Shown here: positions 11,896-25,929 of the stretch, piece after piece
Position numbering within the stretch: position 1 is the first letter of the stretch
How the letters are laid out: every line of letters begins with the position of its first letter
From: Sminthopsis crassicaudata
Taxonomy: Eukaryota
Reading direction: 5' to 3'
Length of the DNA stretch: 64,000 nucleotides
Assembly (NCBI RefSeq): GCF_048593235.1
Contig: NC_133621.1
Location: forward strand, 299,035,146 to 299,099,145
Program-made: the position numbers and the translations under genes
The notes under the pieces: generated by a model
Seen by the model: the letters and a program-made list of their open reading frames with translations, nothing else
What the model was told of the DNA's origin: nothing
Databases searched by the model: none

Positions 11896-13389
11896 CAACA
11901 TCAACACCACCACCTTATTGTGAGAAGGGTTCCATGGGCTTTCCCAGACTTTCAGAAGTCCAGACTATAACACAAAAAGGTAATAATCACTTAGGAGCCT
12001 CTACACTCCCTGATTTGCAATGGGGAAGGGAGTAGTGACCTCAGGTGAACCTCTATGTAGTAGGTATGGAAGAAGACCAGACCACAGACTGTGGGCAAGT
12101 CCACCTGCTGGAAAGCTACTAAATCCAAACCAGTTAAGCCTTACTGTCCTTTTGAGGACAAGCTAAGGAAACTCAGATCTGCAGGTCAGATGGAGGAAGA
12201 CATTCCCTGGCTCTGAGGTCACAGGGATTGGATTTGACTTTGACCTCTGATACCCACTGTCTAGACCACCTTGGAGAAGGCCTCCGTTTCCTCAGGGTAA
12301 AATCAAGATCTTGGACTCCCAGGTCCTTCCAGCTCTCTATGTCTATGCTCATATGAGCCCAAGTCATCCCCAGCCTCAGTTCTTCTTGTGTAACATGAGG
12401 AAGTTGGACTCAATGGCCTCGGAGATCCCTTCTCTGAGCCTCTGATCTCTCCTCTACTCCTCTGAAGTACAATAAATTCCCGTATTTCTTCCCACCAGAA
12501 AGTGACGAAAGTAAGAGATCTGTTCCCAGAGACTTTGTATGTGCAGCCAGTTCCAGCTCAGCCTCAAATTCAAAGGTTTTTTTTTAATCACCATAGAATA
12601 AACTCACAAGCAGTGACCAAGGATTCTGCCCAAGCTCAGAGATGGGCTCACGGCTCCTAGATCTGGGCTTGGCTCTAGGGCTGGTTGGCTTCAAGAGGGC
12701 CAGCCCTGTCAGCTGCTCTCACCACATCTAGACTCCTCACAGCAGAAGGGGGATGACCAGTTTGCAGACTTTTGGGGGACACTCACTGTAAGCTGGGCCC
12801 AAGTCAGAGAGAGGCTTGAGAAGGAGCCTCCAGTCCTGGGTGGAAAGGCCCTCACATGCCTGGATGTCCAAAGGTTAGAGCCAGGTTCCAGTGCAGTCTG
12901 GGCTGAGAATTGGCTGTTTGACTGAGGGCAGGCCTGACCACCCCTCTGAGTATGGTTTCCTGGGTCAGATAATGGCTTGGGGTCATGACATTCACTCAGA
13001 GAATACTGGATGCCCTCTCAGTCCAGCCCTGGGAGAGAGGCAGAGAAGGACTGAAGGGGTCCCACTACTCCACCGACAACATGGCAGCCAGAGGAAGAAA
13101 CTGAGGCAACTTGATCAGATAAAGGACAGTTTTTTTTCATTTAAATTGGACTAAGTGTCCTCTCTTCCCATCACCTCCTGCTTCCCTGTACTGGATGTCT
13201 TTACCTAATGCTAGCTTCCCCTCCCCTTATCACTCTCAGTTCAGCCTCCTTTTCCCCAGTCCCTATACTCTATCAATGCTGCCTTAACTTGTTTTGTTTC
13301 TCTCTTCCAGACCCATGAGTTACAACTCTGGGAACAAACAGTGTCTCAGTTTCCCTCTCTGTAAAAATGAAAGTATTGGGAAAAAAAGA

Positions 13390-14425
13390 GGACAAGAATA
13401 TCAAGGGAATTAATGAAAAAATACAAAGTATGATGGTCATACCTAAAACTCCATTATGAAACAGCAGTCTTCAAAACCATCTGATACTGGCTAAAAAAAT
13501 AGAGTGGTGGATCAGTGGAATAGGTTAGATACCCATGACACAATAATCAATAACTATACTGTTCTAATATTTGATCAACCCCAAAACTCCAGCTTCTGGA
13601 ATAAAAATTCACTATTTCACAAAAATTGCTGAGAAAATTAGAAAATAATATGTCAGAAACATCTCACATCCCATCCCAAAATAAGATCAAAATGGGTACA
13701 TGATTTGGGGGTGATATCACAGATCTTTGAAGAAGGGAGGAATTTATGATCAAAAAAGAACTAGAGAACAATGTGAAATGCAAAATGGGCAACTTTGATT
13801 ACATCAAATTAAAAAGGTTTTGTAGAAACAAAGGCAATGCAAACAAGATTAAAAGGGAATTATAAAGCTGGGGGGAGTTGTACAGCCAATGTTCTGTTAA
13901 AACCTCATTTCTAAAATATATAAAGAACTGTGTCAACTTTATAAGAACACAAGTTATTTTTTGATTGATAAATAGTCAAAGAATATGAGCAATTTTCAGA
14001 TGATGAAATTAAAGCCATTTATAGTCATATGTAAAAATGCTCTAAATCATTATTGATTAGAGAAATGCAAATCAAAACAACTCTGAGGTACCACCGAACA
14101 CCTCTCAGATTGGCTAAGATGACAGGAAAGGATAATGATAAATGTTGGAAGAGATGTGGGGAAACGGGGACACACACACATTGTTGGTGGAGTTGTTGAT
14201 CCAGCCTTTCTGGAGAGCAATTTGGAACTGTGCTCAGAGACTTATAAAATGGTGCATACCCTTTGAGGGGAAATCATAAAGGAGGAAAAAGGACCCACAG
14301 ATGCCAAAATGTTTGTAGCAGCTCTTTTTGTGGGGGCAAAGATGTGGTCAATGAGCAGATGTCAGCCAATTGGGGAATGCCTGAATAAATTGTAGTATAT
14401 GAAAGTAATGGAATATTACTCTGTG
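13390..14425 (+). mobile_element. Degraded L1 ORF2 3' half
   Basis: Recognisable pieces include GATACTGGCTAAAAAAATAGAGTGGTGGATCAGTGGAATAGG and AGAGAAATGCAAATCAAAACAACTCTGAGGTACCAC. Many indels. Confidence 0.85.
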
Positions 14426-16577
14426 TATATAGAGTTTTCCTACATCATACACGTCAAGCAACCAATGTTGTATCTGAAAAGTGGCCCTGTATTGATTAAT
14501 CAGTTATTGTTTCTGACTTCTTTTGACTATATAAAAACATTTTGGGGGAGAGAAATATTCTTTTTCGTTGAATTTAGGGAACTGAACCTGTTGACTTTCC
14601 TGGAAAGTTCCTAATCTTTCTTCCTATGTGAAATCAGATTACTTAATATTGCAATGTTTCCTTTTGATTTATTGGGCTCATTTGATTTCTTTATGTATAA
14701 AAATCTGTCTTTTAGCATATTTGGGATGCAGTCCTAAGGTGAGGAAAGGGCCTGCTCCCATTTTTTTTCCTCTAACAATTGCTAGGCATTGCCTAATATA
14801 TTGATAAGATTGGAAAACTAAATTTTTATGTCCTCAACCATTTAATCATTCACCCATAACAACCAGGAAAGGGGTTGGTACGAAGATTTTATCTCCTTTT
14901 TATAAAGGAGGAATGTGAGATACATACTGGTGATATGACTTGCCCCTGAGTCGCACAGTTGACAGTGCAGGGAGTTGGGGTGGTGCCAGTTGAGGGGGGA
15001 GGTGAAGGGGCTGGAATCAAACTTAAGATATGAGGCACCTAAAGTTGGTGGGGAGCTTTGTTTGCTCTGTTCCAGTCACTGCTAGGAGTTCCCTTTGCTT
15101 AATGTATCTCCAACCTCTGCAAGGTTCATGAAGTGCTTCTCTTGCCCTTGAAAGAGATGGTAGGAGAAGGAATGGTCAGGATTGTTGGGTTTAGATATCT
15201 GAGCCTGGCTGGAAATACAGAGGGACTGTCCGATGGGAGGGGATTTAGCCTGCTCAAGCCCAAATAAGAAAACTGAAGATCAAAGAGTGGAAGTGTCTTG
15301 TTGCTAAGGATCCTGGCCTTCAGGTCCCCCTCAAGAGAAAAACAAGAATCAAGAGGGAAAAGGAAGGCATGATGGGGAAAGTCAGATCCCTTCTTTTCAC
15401 TCAGGGAGTTCATTCCCATTTAGCTAATGGAATCCCAGGACCCTCTCTAACCTATGACCCGGCACTTCTGTTTTCATTGGGTCTCACTGTCAAGGGAAGG
15501 ATCTGTGGGTATCCAAGGAGAAGCTGTGTCAAAGACTTCCTGGGACTCCTATCTTGGGGTCTTGTGGGAAAAAAAAACATTGTACTTGGGTCAGAGGGCC
15601 TAGACAGAGATCTGGGTTCAGTTCTTCAAGGCCCAAATGACCCCAGGGCCTCGGTTTCCACATTTGTTAAGAAACCAGATGGATTCTCAGTCTGTCCATG
15701 CTATGCCATCCTCTGATTAAGATTGCCACCTTCAGGTGGATTTTTTTTGGAGAGACACTCATTTGGATTAGAATATGGCTTTCCCTCTAGAGCCACCCAG
15801 TCTCTTCCCTCCAACATCATATTCATCTTTATTCTAAAACTAATTTTCCCTCTAAAAGTTGCTCCAACCTCATCCCCTAAAGCTGGCTTTCTCAACTTTT
15901 TACCCATTTGTGACTCCTTTTCACCAGAGAAATTTTTATGTGACCTGAGTATATAAAATAGGATACAAATCAAATATTTACCGATAATAAATAAAGACGT
16001 TGTTTTGAAATCATTTTTGGTATTTGTATAATTTTATCATTTATTAAAGAAAAAACAAATGTGGATATTAATGATGGGTGTGTGCTTGTTTATTTTTACA
16101 TAAAGAATGAAATCTTGGGCAAATGTTTGTTATCTTTTCCTCTAGCCATATTATTCACATCCCCCACATTCAGCAAGGCGATCCCAAATGGAGAGGAGAC
16201 TCACCTTAAAGGATGATTTTAGGATTTGGTTGTGGGAAGGAATTTGGAAAAGGGAAGAGCTTGATATAGAGAGGGTGTGACCACAGATGTCGTCTCATTG
16301 ATTGGTTCATTTTCCAAGATGTAGAGCTCACATCCACCGTCCTCTCTCCTGATATAGAGACCTCCCCTTTTGTGCTCTAACTTGGCTTAAAGTTCCTGAG
16401 GACCGGACTGGTGTGGGGGATTGCTCTGGATTCAGAGGAAGCCCTGAGCCCAATCTTCTTTTTGAAGGGTCTTGACACCTCCCTGAATTACCTTCTTGGT
16501 CTTGGAGTTGGACATTCTCCTTCGGGGATCCAACACAGCCAGGAGAATCGCAGGACCATTTCCCTCATCCCTCCGTT

Positions 16578-19313
16578 ATGGCCGGAGTGAGTGAGCTAGG
16601 GCACAGACTTGGGGTTCGACAATGGGGAAATCCCCTGGGATTGGGGCTCGAAAAGATCCCGGAGACTCAAGGATGCTGTGTTTCCAATGGAGAGGAGATG
16701 GTCTGCCCTTCCTGTCTATATGAGTTAGGGTTTCTTTTTCTCTCCTCTATTTCACCCCCCTTGATCTCCCTAGTCCTAGCAAGGTCTGTCCTTGCCATGG
16801 CCCCTTCACCTTGAAGCTGTCTTTTGTCTCTGGTTGCTGGCCCAAGGTCTTTAACAAGTTGATAAGTCAGAGAGATCTTGGGGAGGGAGTGTGTCCGTTG
16901 GCTGAGAGGGGCTACATCTGCATGGAGATGAAGGAAGGGAAAGAGACGAAGAAAGCAGAGATGGGTATTCTGTCACAAGATCAGACCTTCTGGAATTAAT
17001 GACTGTCTTAGAAAGTTAACTCCAACCTAGGCTGATAGTACAGAAAGAGCCAGACTGACTAGACTCTAGTGGAAAAGGAAAAGCCTGAAGATGGGAAGAC
17101 AAATGGGGCAGGTGACAAAAACAAATGGAACAAGTGATTTCTTAGACATTTCCATTTGATCTCACAAATACACTACTTTTCTCTTCTCTTGGGAAACTAA
17201 TGCATAAAATTCCTCTCACCACGCCTTCCCATTACTTTTCCATTGATTTAGAACTAAAAGGGACCATATATCACTGCTGCCCTGGTTCCCTTACCCTTTT
17301 TCCCTTAGGAAGGAGAAGCTTAATTTCAGTGTTTTTCCCAAGGTTACTCTTTATTCCCAAATCTTTCTGAGACTCTTCCTCCCCTTCTCTTGAATATGGT
17401 TGACTTCTGCTCTTGATTAGGACCAAGACTTGGCCATGGAGAAAGTGGGAAGCTCTCCTGAAAACTTTTCTGAGGATCCCCATTCATACTTAATGAAATG
17501 CAGACCATGCTGGGCAAATGAAGAAGAGTGCAAGACAATTGGTGAAGATATGTTAGAGGCAAAGTAAAGTTGACCTAGCCACCAAGGAATTTCCCCATTG
17601 AGTTACAGCCAATCTTCTACCCTTGGGGGAGAACCACGGTCCTCATTTTCCCCTTGACAAAGTGCTAAGATACCTGTGATGTCAGCCAAAGATGGCACTA
17701 ATGCAGCCAGTAGGACAGAAAGCCCTGGGATTCAGGAAAAACGTGGATTCTAGTTCTGATCTTGTTACTCAAGAAAAGATCACTTTTTATTTCTTTAAGT
17801 CTTAGTTATCTGAGGTGCAAAATGAAGAATGGACTGATCACTCAATTGGGCCTGTACCTCATTTAACAAATAGGGAAACTGAGGTCCAGAGACATGAAGG
17901 TGTTTCCTCAAGTTCATAGATCTGGGACTGACTCCCACTTCAGCACTAAATAATCTTTCCTAGAACCTTCCTGAAGGAGGGTCTCTCCCCACCTGGAAGC
18001 TGTGGCTCCCTAAACTCCCACTCAGCCCTAACTTTACTGTGCTTGGTCTTTTCAGCCAATATATGCCAGGCGCTTGAACCTGAAACCAGGAGATTCCATA
18101 AGATTGGTGGGAGACATATTGCCTAATGCCAGAAGGTAAGTGGGACATGGGATGGGTGAGACACAATTTTATTATGGGTAATAGCTGAATTTTTTACCTA
18201 CCTATTTGCACTTGTCCCTTTATTAGAAGCACCAAACTTGTTTTGCTTCTCTCTGGAGGTAGTAAAATGTGTGCAATGGGAACTTGTTAGATGGGGTTGA
18301 GGTGGAATGGGTACTACAGAAGAGGAGTCATGGTGCTTCAGGTCAGGATGGGATGAGTATCCCTTTGGGGGTCTTCTAGCTCAGGAATTCTCTGAGTGGA
18401 GGTTTCCAAGGCTCTGTGTCAATGCCATGTCCTCAATTCCCAGATTTGTAATAGACTTAGGCAAAGATGGAAGTAACATTGGTCTCCGCTTCAGCCCAAA
18501 CTTCGACTATGAAAGGGATTACAGAAACATCCTGTGCAACAGCATGGAGGATGGTGCATGGGATAAAGGAATAAGGCATACCTATTTCCCCTTTGTGCAA
18601 GGGACCACCGTGGAGGTAAGATCCCAGAACCAGAGCATGAAATGTTCCACCTAAGAAAGTCCAACAGATGATCTCATCCACTTCTTGAATTTGATAGAAG
18701 AATCCTAGAAATGAACTCTAATGGAGAGGGTAAAAAAAGTTAGAGGGAAAATGAGTCAGTGAATTTCCAAAGGTCAATAGTAAGAACCCCAATGTTGGTG
18801 GCTTCAGCTGAAGTATGTTTTGGGGTGGGTTGGTGGAGGGCGGGAACCGGAGGGAGTTGTGAAGGGCCATGGTCCCAAAATGATAAGAGAAGACCCTGGG
18901 ATATACCAGGACACATAATAGTGTTCTAGATTTAGAGTTGGAGAAAACATCAGGGGACATCCAGTGTCACTCTCTCGTTTCACAGAATGAGGTTCAGAAT
19001 GGAAAAATGATTTGTCCAAGGTCGCACATTGTCTTATAGGGAAAGTCTTAAAGTGGAATTGGAATCTAGATCTTCCTGTCTCCAAACCTATCGTTTTCCG
19101 TTCATCTCATTCTATCCTCTCTCCATTCAGATTTTGATAGAGTTTAAAGGGACTTCCTTTGAGGTGAAGTTGCCTGATGGGTTTCATTTGAGTTTCCCGA
19201 ATCGCACTACCTTAACAACAATGGATTCTGTGGCAGTTTATGATGACATCAAAATGACGACGTTGGAATTGCTCTCGATTTCTCCAAATAAGCAAGCTTC
19301 AGAGAATTCTTGA
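16578..19313 (+). CDS. G2: galectin-1-like protein, 147 aa, degenerate binding site and C-terminal extension
   Basis: Exons 16578-16586 (ATGGCCGGA|gtgagt), 18056-18135, 18444-18615, 19131-19313. Protein MAGPIYARRLNLKPGDSIRLVGDILPNARRFVIDLGKDGSNIGLRFSPNFDYERDYRNILCNSMEDGAWDKGIRHTYFPFVQGTTVEILIEFKGTSFEVKLPDGFHLSFPNRTTLTTMDSVAVYDDIKMTTLELLSISPNKQASENS. Open frame, canonical splice sites, AATAAA at 19331. Confidence 0.88.
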
Positions 19314-20089
19314 TCTTGAAGTTCATTACTAATAAAAGAGCTGCTGATGATAATAGATAACATTTTTCTCTGTAATTCTGGTCTAGGGGATAGAGGACTT
19401 GGGTTTGGAATTGAGAAGGATGGTTGAGTGATCCTGGTTATGTCCCTTTACCTCAATGGCCTCTAAGTCAGTGCTTCTCCACATAGATTCCCTGAGTAAT
19501 GTTCAGATGAGAAAAGATTGCAGTCTTTAATGTTTAAAACTTCTGATTTTCCTAGTTTTACTGCTTTTATATATGTAAAAACATGATTTTAATTCATATC
19601 ACATTGTTTATCTTTTCAGTGGGCACAGAAAGAATGAGAGGAAAGGAGAGAATGTGAAATCCAAATCTTTTTTATAAAATGGATGTTAAAAATTTAAATA
19701 TTAAAAAATCTTCACAGAATGAAAAAATATTAACACTATCTCATTATTCCAAATAGGGGTCCATGGACTTACCAGACTATTAGAACCCAGGCTGCAACAC
19801 AAAACAAGATGACAAACGTTTAGAAATCTCCACAATCCCTGATTGGCAATGGGGAAGGGATTTCTCAGAGTAGTGATGACAGGGGGACCTGTATTATTGT
19901 TAGCAAAGAGAGGGGACCAGACCACTCTCTGGGCAAGCCTACCTAATGGAAAGCTGCTGAATCCAAACCAGGTGAAACCTTATCTCCCTTTGAGGACCAG
20001 CCAAGGAAGCTCAGAGAGATCTGCAAGTCAGATGGAGGAGAGTGGGAAAACACTCTAGGAAGCTCTTAAGCTTCTTTGGTCCTCCCTTG

Positions 20090-20450
20090 TTCAAAGATCT
20101 GATAGGTAAATTTTCCTTTGCTCTCCTCATTTGCTTATGGTAGTACCCTTTACACCCAAATCACGTACCCATTTTGGCCTTATTTTGGTATGGGGTGTGA
20201 GATGTAAGTTTATGCCAAGTTTCTGACATATTTTCCAGTTTTCCCAGCAACTTTTGTGAATTAGTGAGTTTTAATCACAGAAGCAGGAGTTTGGGGGTTT
20301 ATCAAATACTAGATTACTATAGTCATTGATTATTATGTCATAGGGATCTAATCTATTCCATTGTTCCACCACGCTATTTCTTAGCCAGAATCAAATGGTT
20401 CTGATAACTGCTGCTTTATAATAGAGTTTTTGGTCTGATACTGCTAGGCC
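20090..20450 (-). mobile_element. L1 ORF2 fragment
   Basis: CCTTTACACCCAAATCACGTACCCATTTTGGCCTTATTTTGGTATGGGGTGTGAGA is the reverse complement of an L1 ORF2 3' region. Degraded. Confidence 0.7.
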
Positions 20451-21159
20451 TGGATGTCTTGTTTCTATGGCAACATAAAAACCTGTCACTTGTCACACCT
20501 GGGATCAACTGTGACTTCCCCCTTCTCTCAGCTCTGACTTGGCTGATGTTTCCTTAACTTCTTTCTTCAACTTTCTCTAAGTTTTACACATAGTAACAAT
20601 CCAAAATGTTTTTATGATGCCCTACAGGCTAAAGAGGGGTCAAAAACTTATGGTTCATTTTAACTACTCAGTACTGTTAAGATCACATTGATTAGTGATA
20701 AAAATATGGACCTGGAAAGGCTGAACATTCCCATAGTGTCTCAATGCACCCTCATCAATCAATGCTGAAGCTACTGACTTTATATCTCAGGTTGAAGTTA
20801 ATCTCTCTCAAGCTGAACTTCCAAATGAAGAAATTTATAATGCCATTAGGATCATATTTGGGGGCAAAGGACCTGGTATTGATTCTACTCCAATTGAGAT
20901 TTAGGAGGCAAAGGGTCCAATGTTTATAAAAATGATGGGCTGAAATATCCCAGATCATTTGATAAGAGGAGGTTATCCCCCATGATATCCCCAAGGATGC
21001 CTCTATTGTCCATCTCTATAAAGGTAAAAGAAATAGGTCTCTCTCTATTATTCATTGCAGATAAGATTCTTGTCAGACTCTTTACAACAATGAGGTGATT
21101 CAGGACAATTTCAATAGACTTGTGATGGAGAGAGTCATCTGCACCCAGAAAAAGGATTA

Positions 21160-21440
21160 TGGAGACTGAATGTGGATCACAACAAAGCATTTTCATCCTT
21201 TTTTATTTCTTGCTCATTTTTTTGTTTTCTCATTTTTTCCTTTTTTGACCTGATTTTTCTTGTGCAGCATGATAATTATAGAAATATGTATAGAAGAATT
21301 GCATATGTTTAACATATATTAGATTACTTGCTGTCTAAAGGAGATGGTGGGGAAGGAGGGAGAAAAAATTTGGAACACAAGGTTTTACAGAAGTGAATGT
21401 GGAATACTATGCATATATTCTGAAAATCAAAAGCTAAAAT
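21160..21440 (+). mobile_element. L1 3' UTR insert
   Basis: GACTATGGAGACTGAATGTGGATCACAACA...GGAACACAAGGTTTT... ending in an A tail. Confidence 0.75.
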
Positions 21441-21684
21441 AAAATGTTAAAAAAAAAAGATTCTTTCCAGAGTCCTTCTAAACAGACTGAATAGATAGCC
21501 ATTTACTTTAGAGACAGTGTAGCTTCAGAAAGGGCCAAAGAATATTCTATATGGTGTTTGCTACCTGACATTTCTCAGAGGAAATAATAGGTTCAGAAGA
21601 AAAGTCTGGACACAACACTCATTGATCTGACCCAAGATTTTGATGCTGTCAGCTTTGAAGATCATGGCAAAATATGATTGCCTG

Positions 21685-22600
21685 CAAATCACTATTGATC
21701 AGAGAAATGCAAATTAAGACAACTCTGAGGTATCATTACACACCTGTCAGATTGGCTAAAATGACAGGAACAAATAACGATGAATGTTGGAGGGGCTGTG
21801 GGAAAACTGGGACACTGATGCATTGTTGGTGGAGTTGTGAAAGAATCCAACCATTCTGGAGAGCAATCTGGAATTATGCCCAAAAAGTTATCAAAATGTG
21901 CATACCCTTTGACCCAGCCATACTACTACTGGGCTTATACCCCAAGGAACTACTAGAGAAGGGAAAGGGTCCTGTATGTGCCAAAATGTTTGTGGCAGCC
22001 CTTTTCATAGTGGCTAGAAGCTGGAAGATGAATGGATGTCCATCAATTGGAGAATGGTTGGGTAAACTATGGTATATGAATGTTATGGAATATTATTGCT
22101 CTGTAAGAAATGACCAGCAGGAGGAATACAGAGAGGCTTGGAGAGACTTACATCAACTGATGCTGAGTGAAACGAGCAGAACCAGAAGATCATTATACAC
22201 TTCAACAATGATACTGTACGAGGATGTATGCTGATGGAAGTGGATTTCTTCAACATAGAGAAGAGCTAATCCAATTCCAATTGATTAATGATGGACAGAA
22301 CCAGCTACATCCAGAAAAGGACTGGGAAATGAATGTAAACTGTTATTTTTACCTTCTGAATCCAATTCTTCCTGTGCAACAAAAAATTCGGTTCTACACA
22401 CATATATTGTATCTAAATTATACTGTAATATATTTAACATATATAAGACTGCTTGCCATCAGGGGGAGGGGGTTGGGGGAGGAAGGGAAAAAATCTGAAT
22501 AGAAGTAAGTGCAAGGGATAATGTTGTTAAAAATTACCCATGCATATGTACTGTCAAAAAATGTTATAATTATAAAATAAAATAAAAAATTTAAAAAAAA
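21685..22600 (+). mobile_element. Young 5'-truncated L1 (ORF2 C-terminus, 3' UTR, poly-A)
   Basis: ORF 21674-22234 [15 protein letters not shown]...[16 protein letters not shown]...YAQK is the L1 ORF2 Cys-rich C-terminus. TSD AAAATATGATTGCCTG at 21669-21684 and ending at 22614. Confidence 0.95.
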
Positions 22601-23849
22601 AATATGATTGCCTGGAGAAGTTCATTAGTATTTTATGCCATTTCCAGGAAGACATGCTTGCCCGGGTTCTGGATAATAGACAATGCTCTTCTCCTTTCCC
22701 AGAAAATAATGGAGTGAAGCAGGTCTCTATGTCTTGTGATAGATGATTAAACTCTATTTTAAGAGATTTGATATGATTCTCCCAGGGGTTAAAACCCATA
22801 TCTATGAACTACAGATTGTAAGTTCATTGCTTTGTCATGGGAAGCTAACTAGAGGACCTTCATCCTTGTTTTTCTTTGTTATTGGAGACCAAGCCCATGA
22901 TGGTGGAGGTGACTCAGTTGTATAGAAAGTGCCTGGGTTATTTTTGTTGCCCCTCTATTCATTGTCATCCTTCTAACATGCAACATTTTGAGATGAACAT
23001 GAGCACTAGACCAACAAGTAGTCCTATTTCCTAGTGCTCTGTGTTTCTATTGACCCATCAGACCATGTAAATGTTTTGACATCTGTTTATCAGGCCAGTC
23101 CATAGATCTGATCATTAGCTTCACAAGACCTCTTGAAAGATCAAGACAGATCTTGGTCTATAGTATAATCAATGTAGTAAAGATCTGTTCATTAACCTTG
23201 TTGTTAATCAGTAAAATTCTGTATTTTGTGAAGAGTCTCATGAAGAGTCAAGGACAAAGTCTACCATTCAATGAGATTCTGAATTTTTAGTTTGTGCATT
23301 CAATGCAGCCAAGCAGACTGAAATGTAACAGACTAGAGATCAGTTCTTTGTCACTTGTGTTTATTTTGACTTAACACCAAGAAAACACATGTGTTCCATC
23401 AGCCCGAATCAAACAATCTATATGTAGAATTGCATTGAGTGCACAATCATCTGTGAACAAGAAGTCACAGACCAGCTCTCTTGGCTTGTTGCCTTTTCAA
23501 ATCAAATAATTAACCTCCTGTACAGTAATTGGTCTTGATACTATTTTTGTCCTAATTGAAGGCATCTGACAATATTATTGAAACATTATGTTAAAAGACT
23601 GTGGGTCCAAAACCATCCACAATTGTTACAACAAATGGAGAAATTTTGAATATTGTGGACAATACTTTGGCTATATATTTTTCAGGGAGGTACACAACTT
23701 TTTACATACAAAAAATAATTTGACTCATATATGTTTTAAAAAAAAAGACAAAGAGATTGATACACAGTCAGAACTAGCTCAGTGTTTGGGAGACACCAAA
23801 GGAAAGTATGAGAGTAAAATTTAAACATAAAAGGTGATTATTAAAGTCC

Positions 23850-24330
23850 ATGTATAATTTTCTGATAGGAAAAAGATGCCATATTTATTGTCAATAACTT
23901 CTAGTCTTCCTAGTAGTTCTTTGTGATTTTTATACATGTAAAAATATTATCCAAATTTGGAACACATTTTTTTTTGCCCTTTCAATGGGGAGATAAAGAA
24001 TTTAGAACTCAAAATTTAAAATAAATATTTTAAATAAATAATACATTCTAATAATCACAAAAAAACCAATGACAACACCACCACATTATTATGAGAACGG
24101 GCCCATACGCTTGCCCAGACTGTCAGGAACCCATGCCATGACACAAATAAGGGTGACAAGCACTTAGGAGCCTCTATGACACAAATAACGGTCTGTGCAT
24201 AGCTGGTTCTAGCTCAGCCCTCAATTCAAAGGCCTTTTATCACCATAGAATGAGCTCAAAGGCAGTGATCGAGATACTGTATGTGCTCTGAAGTAGAGAT
24301 CAGGACTCTCCACTGCCCAAGCTCAGAGAT
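23850..24330 (+). repeat. Orphan copy of the galectin-unit 3' flank with no gene
   Basis: ACACCACCACATTATTATGAGAA...GCTTGCCCAGACTGTCAGGAA matches the flank after every polyA signal (about 6620, 11900, 36210, 44150, 54170). No exon 4 precedes it; it abuts the RTE. Confidence 0.7.
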
Positions 24331-25929
24331 CCATTCCTGGATCGGAACATGACTCTTGGGCAAGTTGGCTGGAAGAGGGCCAGCCTTGAGAGCACCTGCA
24401 GTCTCAATCACCCCATCAATTCTCCCAAAAAAAGAATGGGGTGACCAATCTACAAAATTTGCGGATCTCAGGTCCTTAGTGTCTTCTTCAGGGAGCATAT
24501 GGTTATTTGTTGTAAGAGAGAATAACTGGGACCAGGCAGAGAGCCCTAATTGGGTGGTAACATCAACCAGAATCCCTGTGACTAGCCCAGTTTCACCCTG
24601 TGAGAAGGGAGAATGTAGAAGAGACCCTGAGTTAGAATCCTGGCAGTGCTTAGGAGCTGTGTGACCCAGGAATGTCACATTCCACACTGAATCTCAGCTT
24701 TCTTTTCTTTAAAATAGTCATCATGACCAAGACAGGGGGACTGAAGTCTAGACTCTGGAATCCCAAAGGTACCTTCTGCCCTGGTTGCCTTTGGCCCTTC
24801 TTCCTTCTTCAAGAGGATCAAAATCATATCACTCTGTTGAGATCAAGGGACAGTGTTTCCAAATGTGACTGCATAAATTTAAAAAAGTTGGAAAGCTCCA
24901 TCACAGATTGGACATAAAATGTCCCTGTAGCCAACTCCTAGTTCTAGAGGTACTTGAAATTTGCCAAAGTACTTCTCTCCAAACTACTCTCTGTCTTCCC
25001 ATTTTTGAAGTAACTGATAATTTAAAAAAGATGGAAGAGTCCATTTTACAAGTCAGATGCTCATGAATTTGTTAAGATTCTTATATCATTCGAAGGATGA
25101 AGTTGCAGAATAAGAGAACCCGATTCAAGAGACAATACTAAATCGTATTAAGTTTTGTTACTAACAGATTTTAGCAGCATTATCTAGGAAGCTTCTACAT
25201 GTGATTTGGAACCAGAAAAACAGAACTTCTTCAGAGTTGCCCTGAGACTGAGACTTATTCCAGAATACACAAAAGAAAATATTTTCTACCACAAGAGGGC
25301 TACATGAAGCATCTGGGTTTCAAAAATATGCTGTTTAACTGGATATTGGGAGGGGGTTACTAGCAAACAAGGAGACTTGGTCTTAGTTAACATTGATGAT
25401 CCATATTATTTTGCTTTGGCATTTTGTTTCATGGAGTTTATGTTTATGTCGGAGTTTTCTTGGTTATCTTGGTGATATGTGTATCTCCCTTCTCAAAATT
25501 AGTCCATTGTAGACCCTCTAAATAGTTGGAGCTGTAATATCCTTTAGATAATTCTAATTGGAAATTTATAAAAATCCTTATGTGTTGAATTTATAGAAAG
25601 GAATATAAGAGAGGAGTGGGTTTTCTCCTCCACCGTCAATCAAAAGGGAAAATTGAAAAAATTGAAAGGATAAAGCCATCAAATGATTAATTCTGGACAC
25701 TAATTCTATCTTGATACTTAGATCTGGAGCTGGCTCAGTTCCTTTTCTATTTCATTATGGGTCTAATCAAAATTCTTTCTTGGGGAAAAAAACTTTTTTA
25801 ATTGTGGAAAATGGAATAAAGCCTTATTGTATTATTTCTACCTAGGCCTTCATAATTAGGAAGTTGGACCACTTCTCCCTGCTGCTTAGAGAGCCTTAAC
25901 TAAAGATCTAAATTATGCTGAGTAGAAAT

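Larger units (their letters stand above)
20455..23800 (+). mobile_element. Degraded RTE-clade LINE, interrupted by two L1 inserts
   Basis: Degenerate RTE RT motifs: GGATGCCTCTATTGTCCATCTCTATAAAGGTAAA (DASIVHLYKGK), CATTGATCTGACCCAAGATTTTGATGCTGTCAG (DLTKAFDTV-like), GGATAATAGACAATGC...AATGGAGTGAAGCAGG (NGVKQG). Boundaries approximate. Confidence 0.7.

Noticed and set aside
6165-16578. Tandem-repeat (two-domain) galectin formed by joining neighbouring units
   Set aside because: Each unit has its own promoter motif, ATG exon, stop codon and AATAAA. No linker exon was seen.
21674-22234. 186-aa ORF, and similar ORFs at 30228-30872 and 59479-59886, as host genes
   Set aside because: They are L1 ORF2 C-terminal fragments inside TSD-flanked, 5'-truncated L1 copies.
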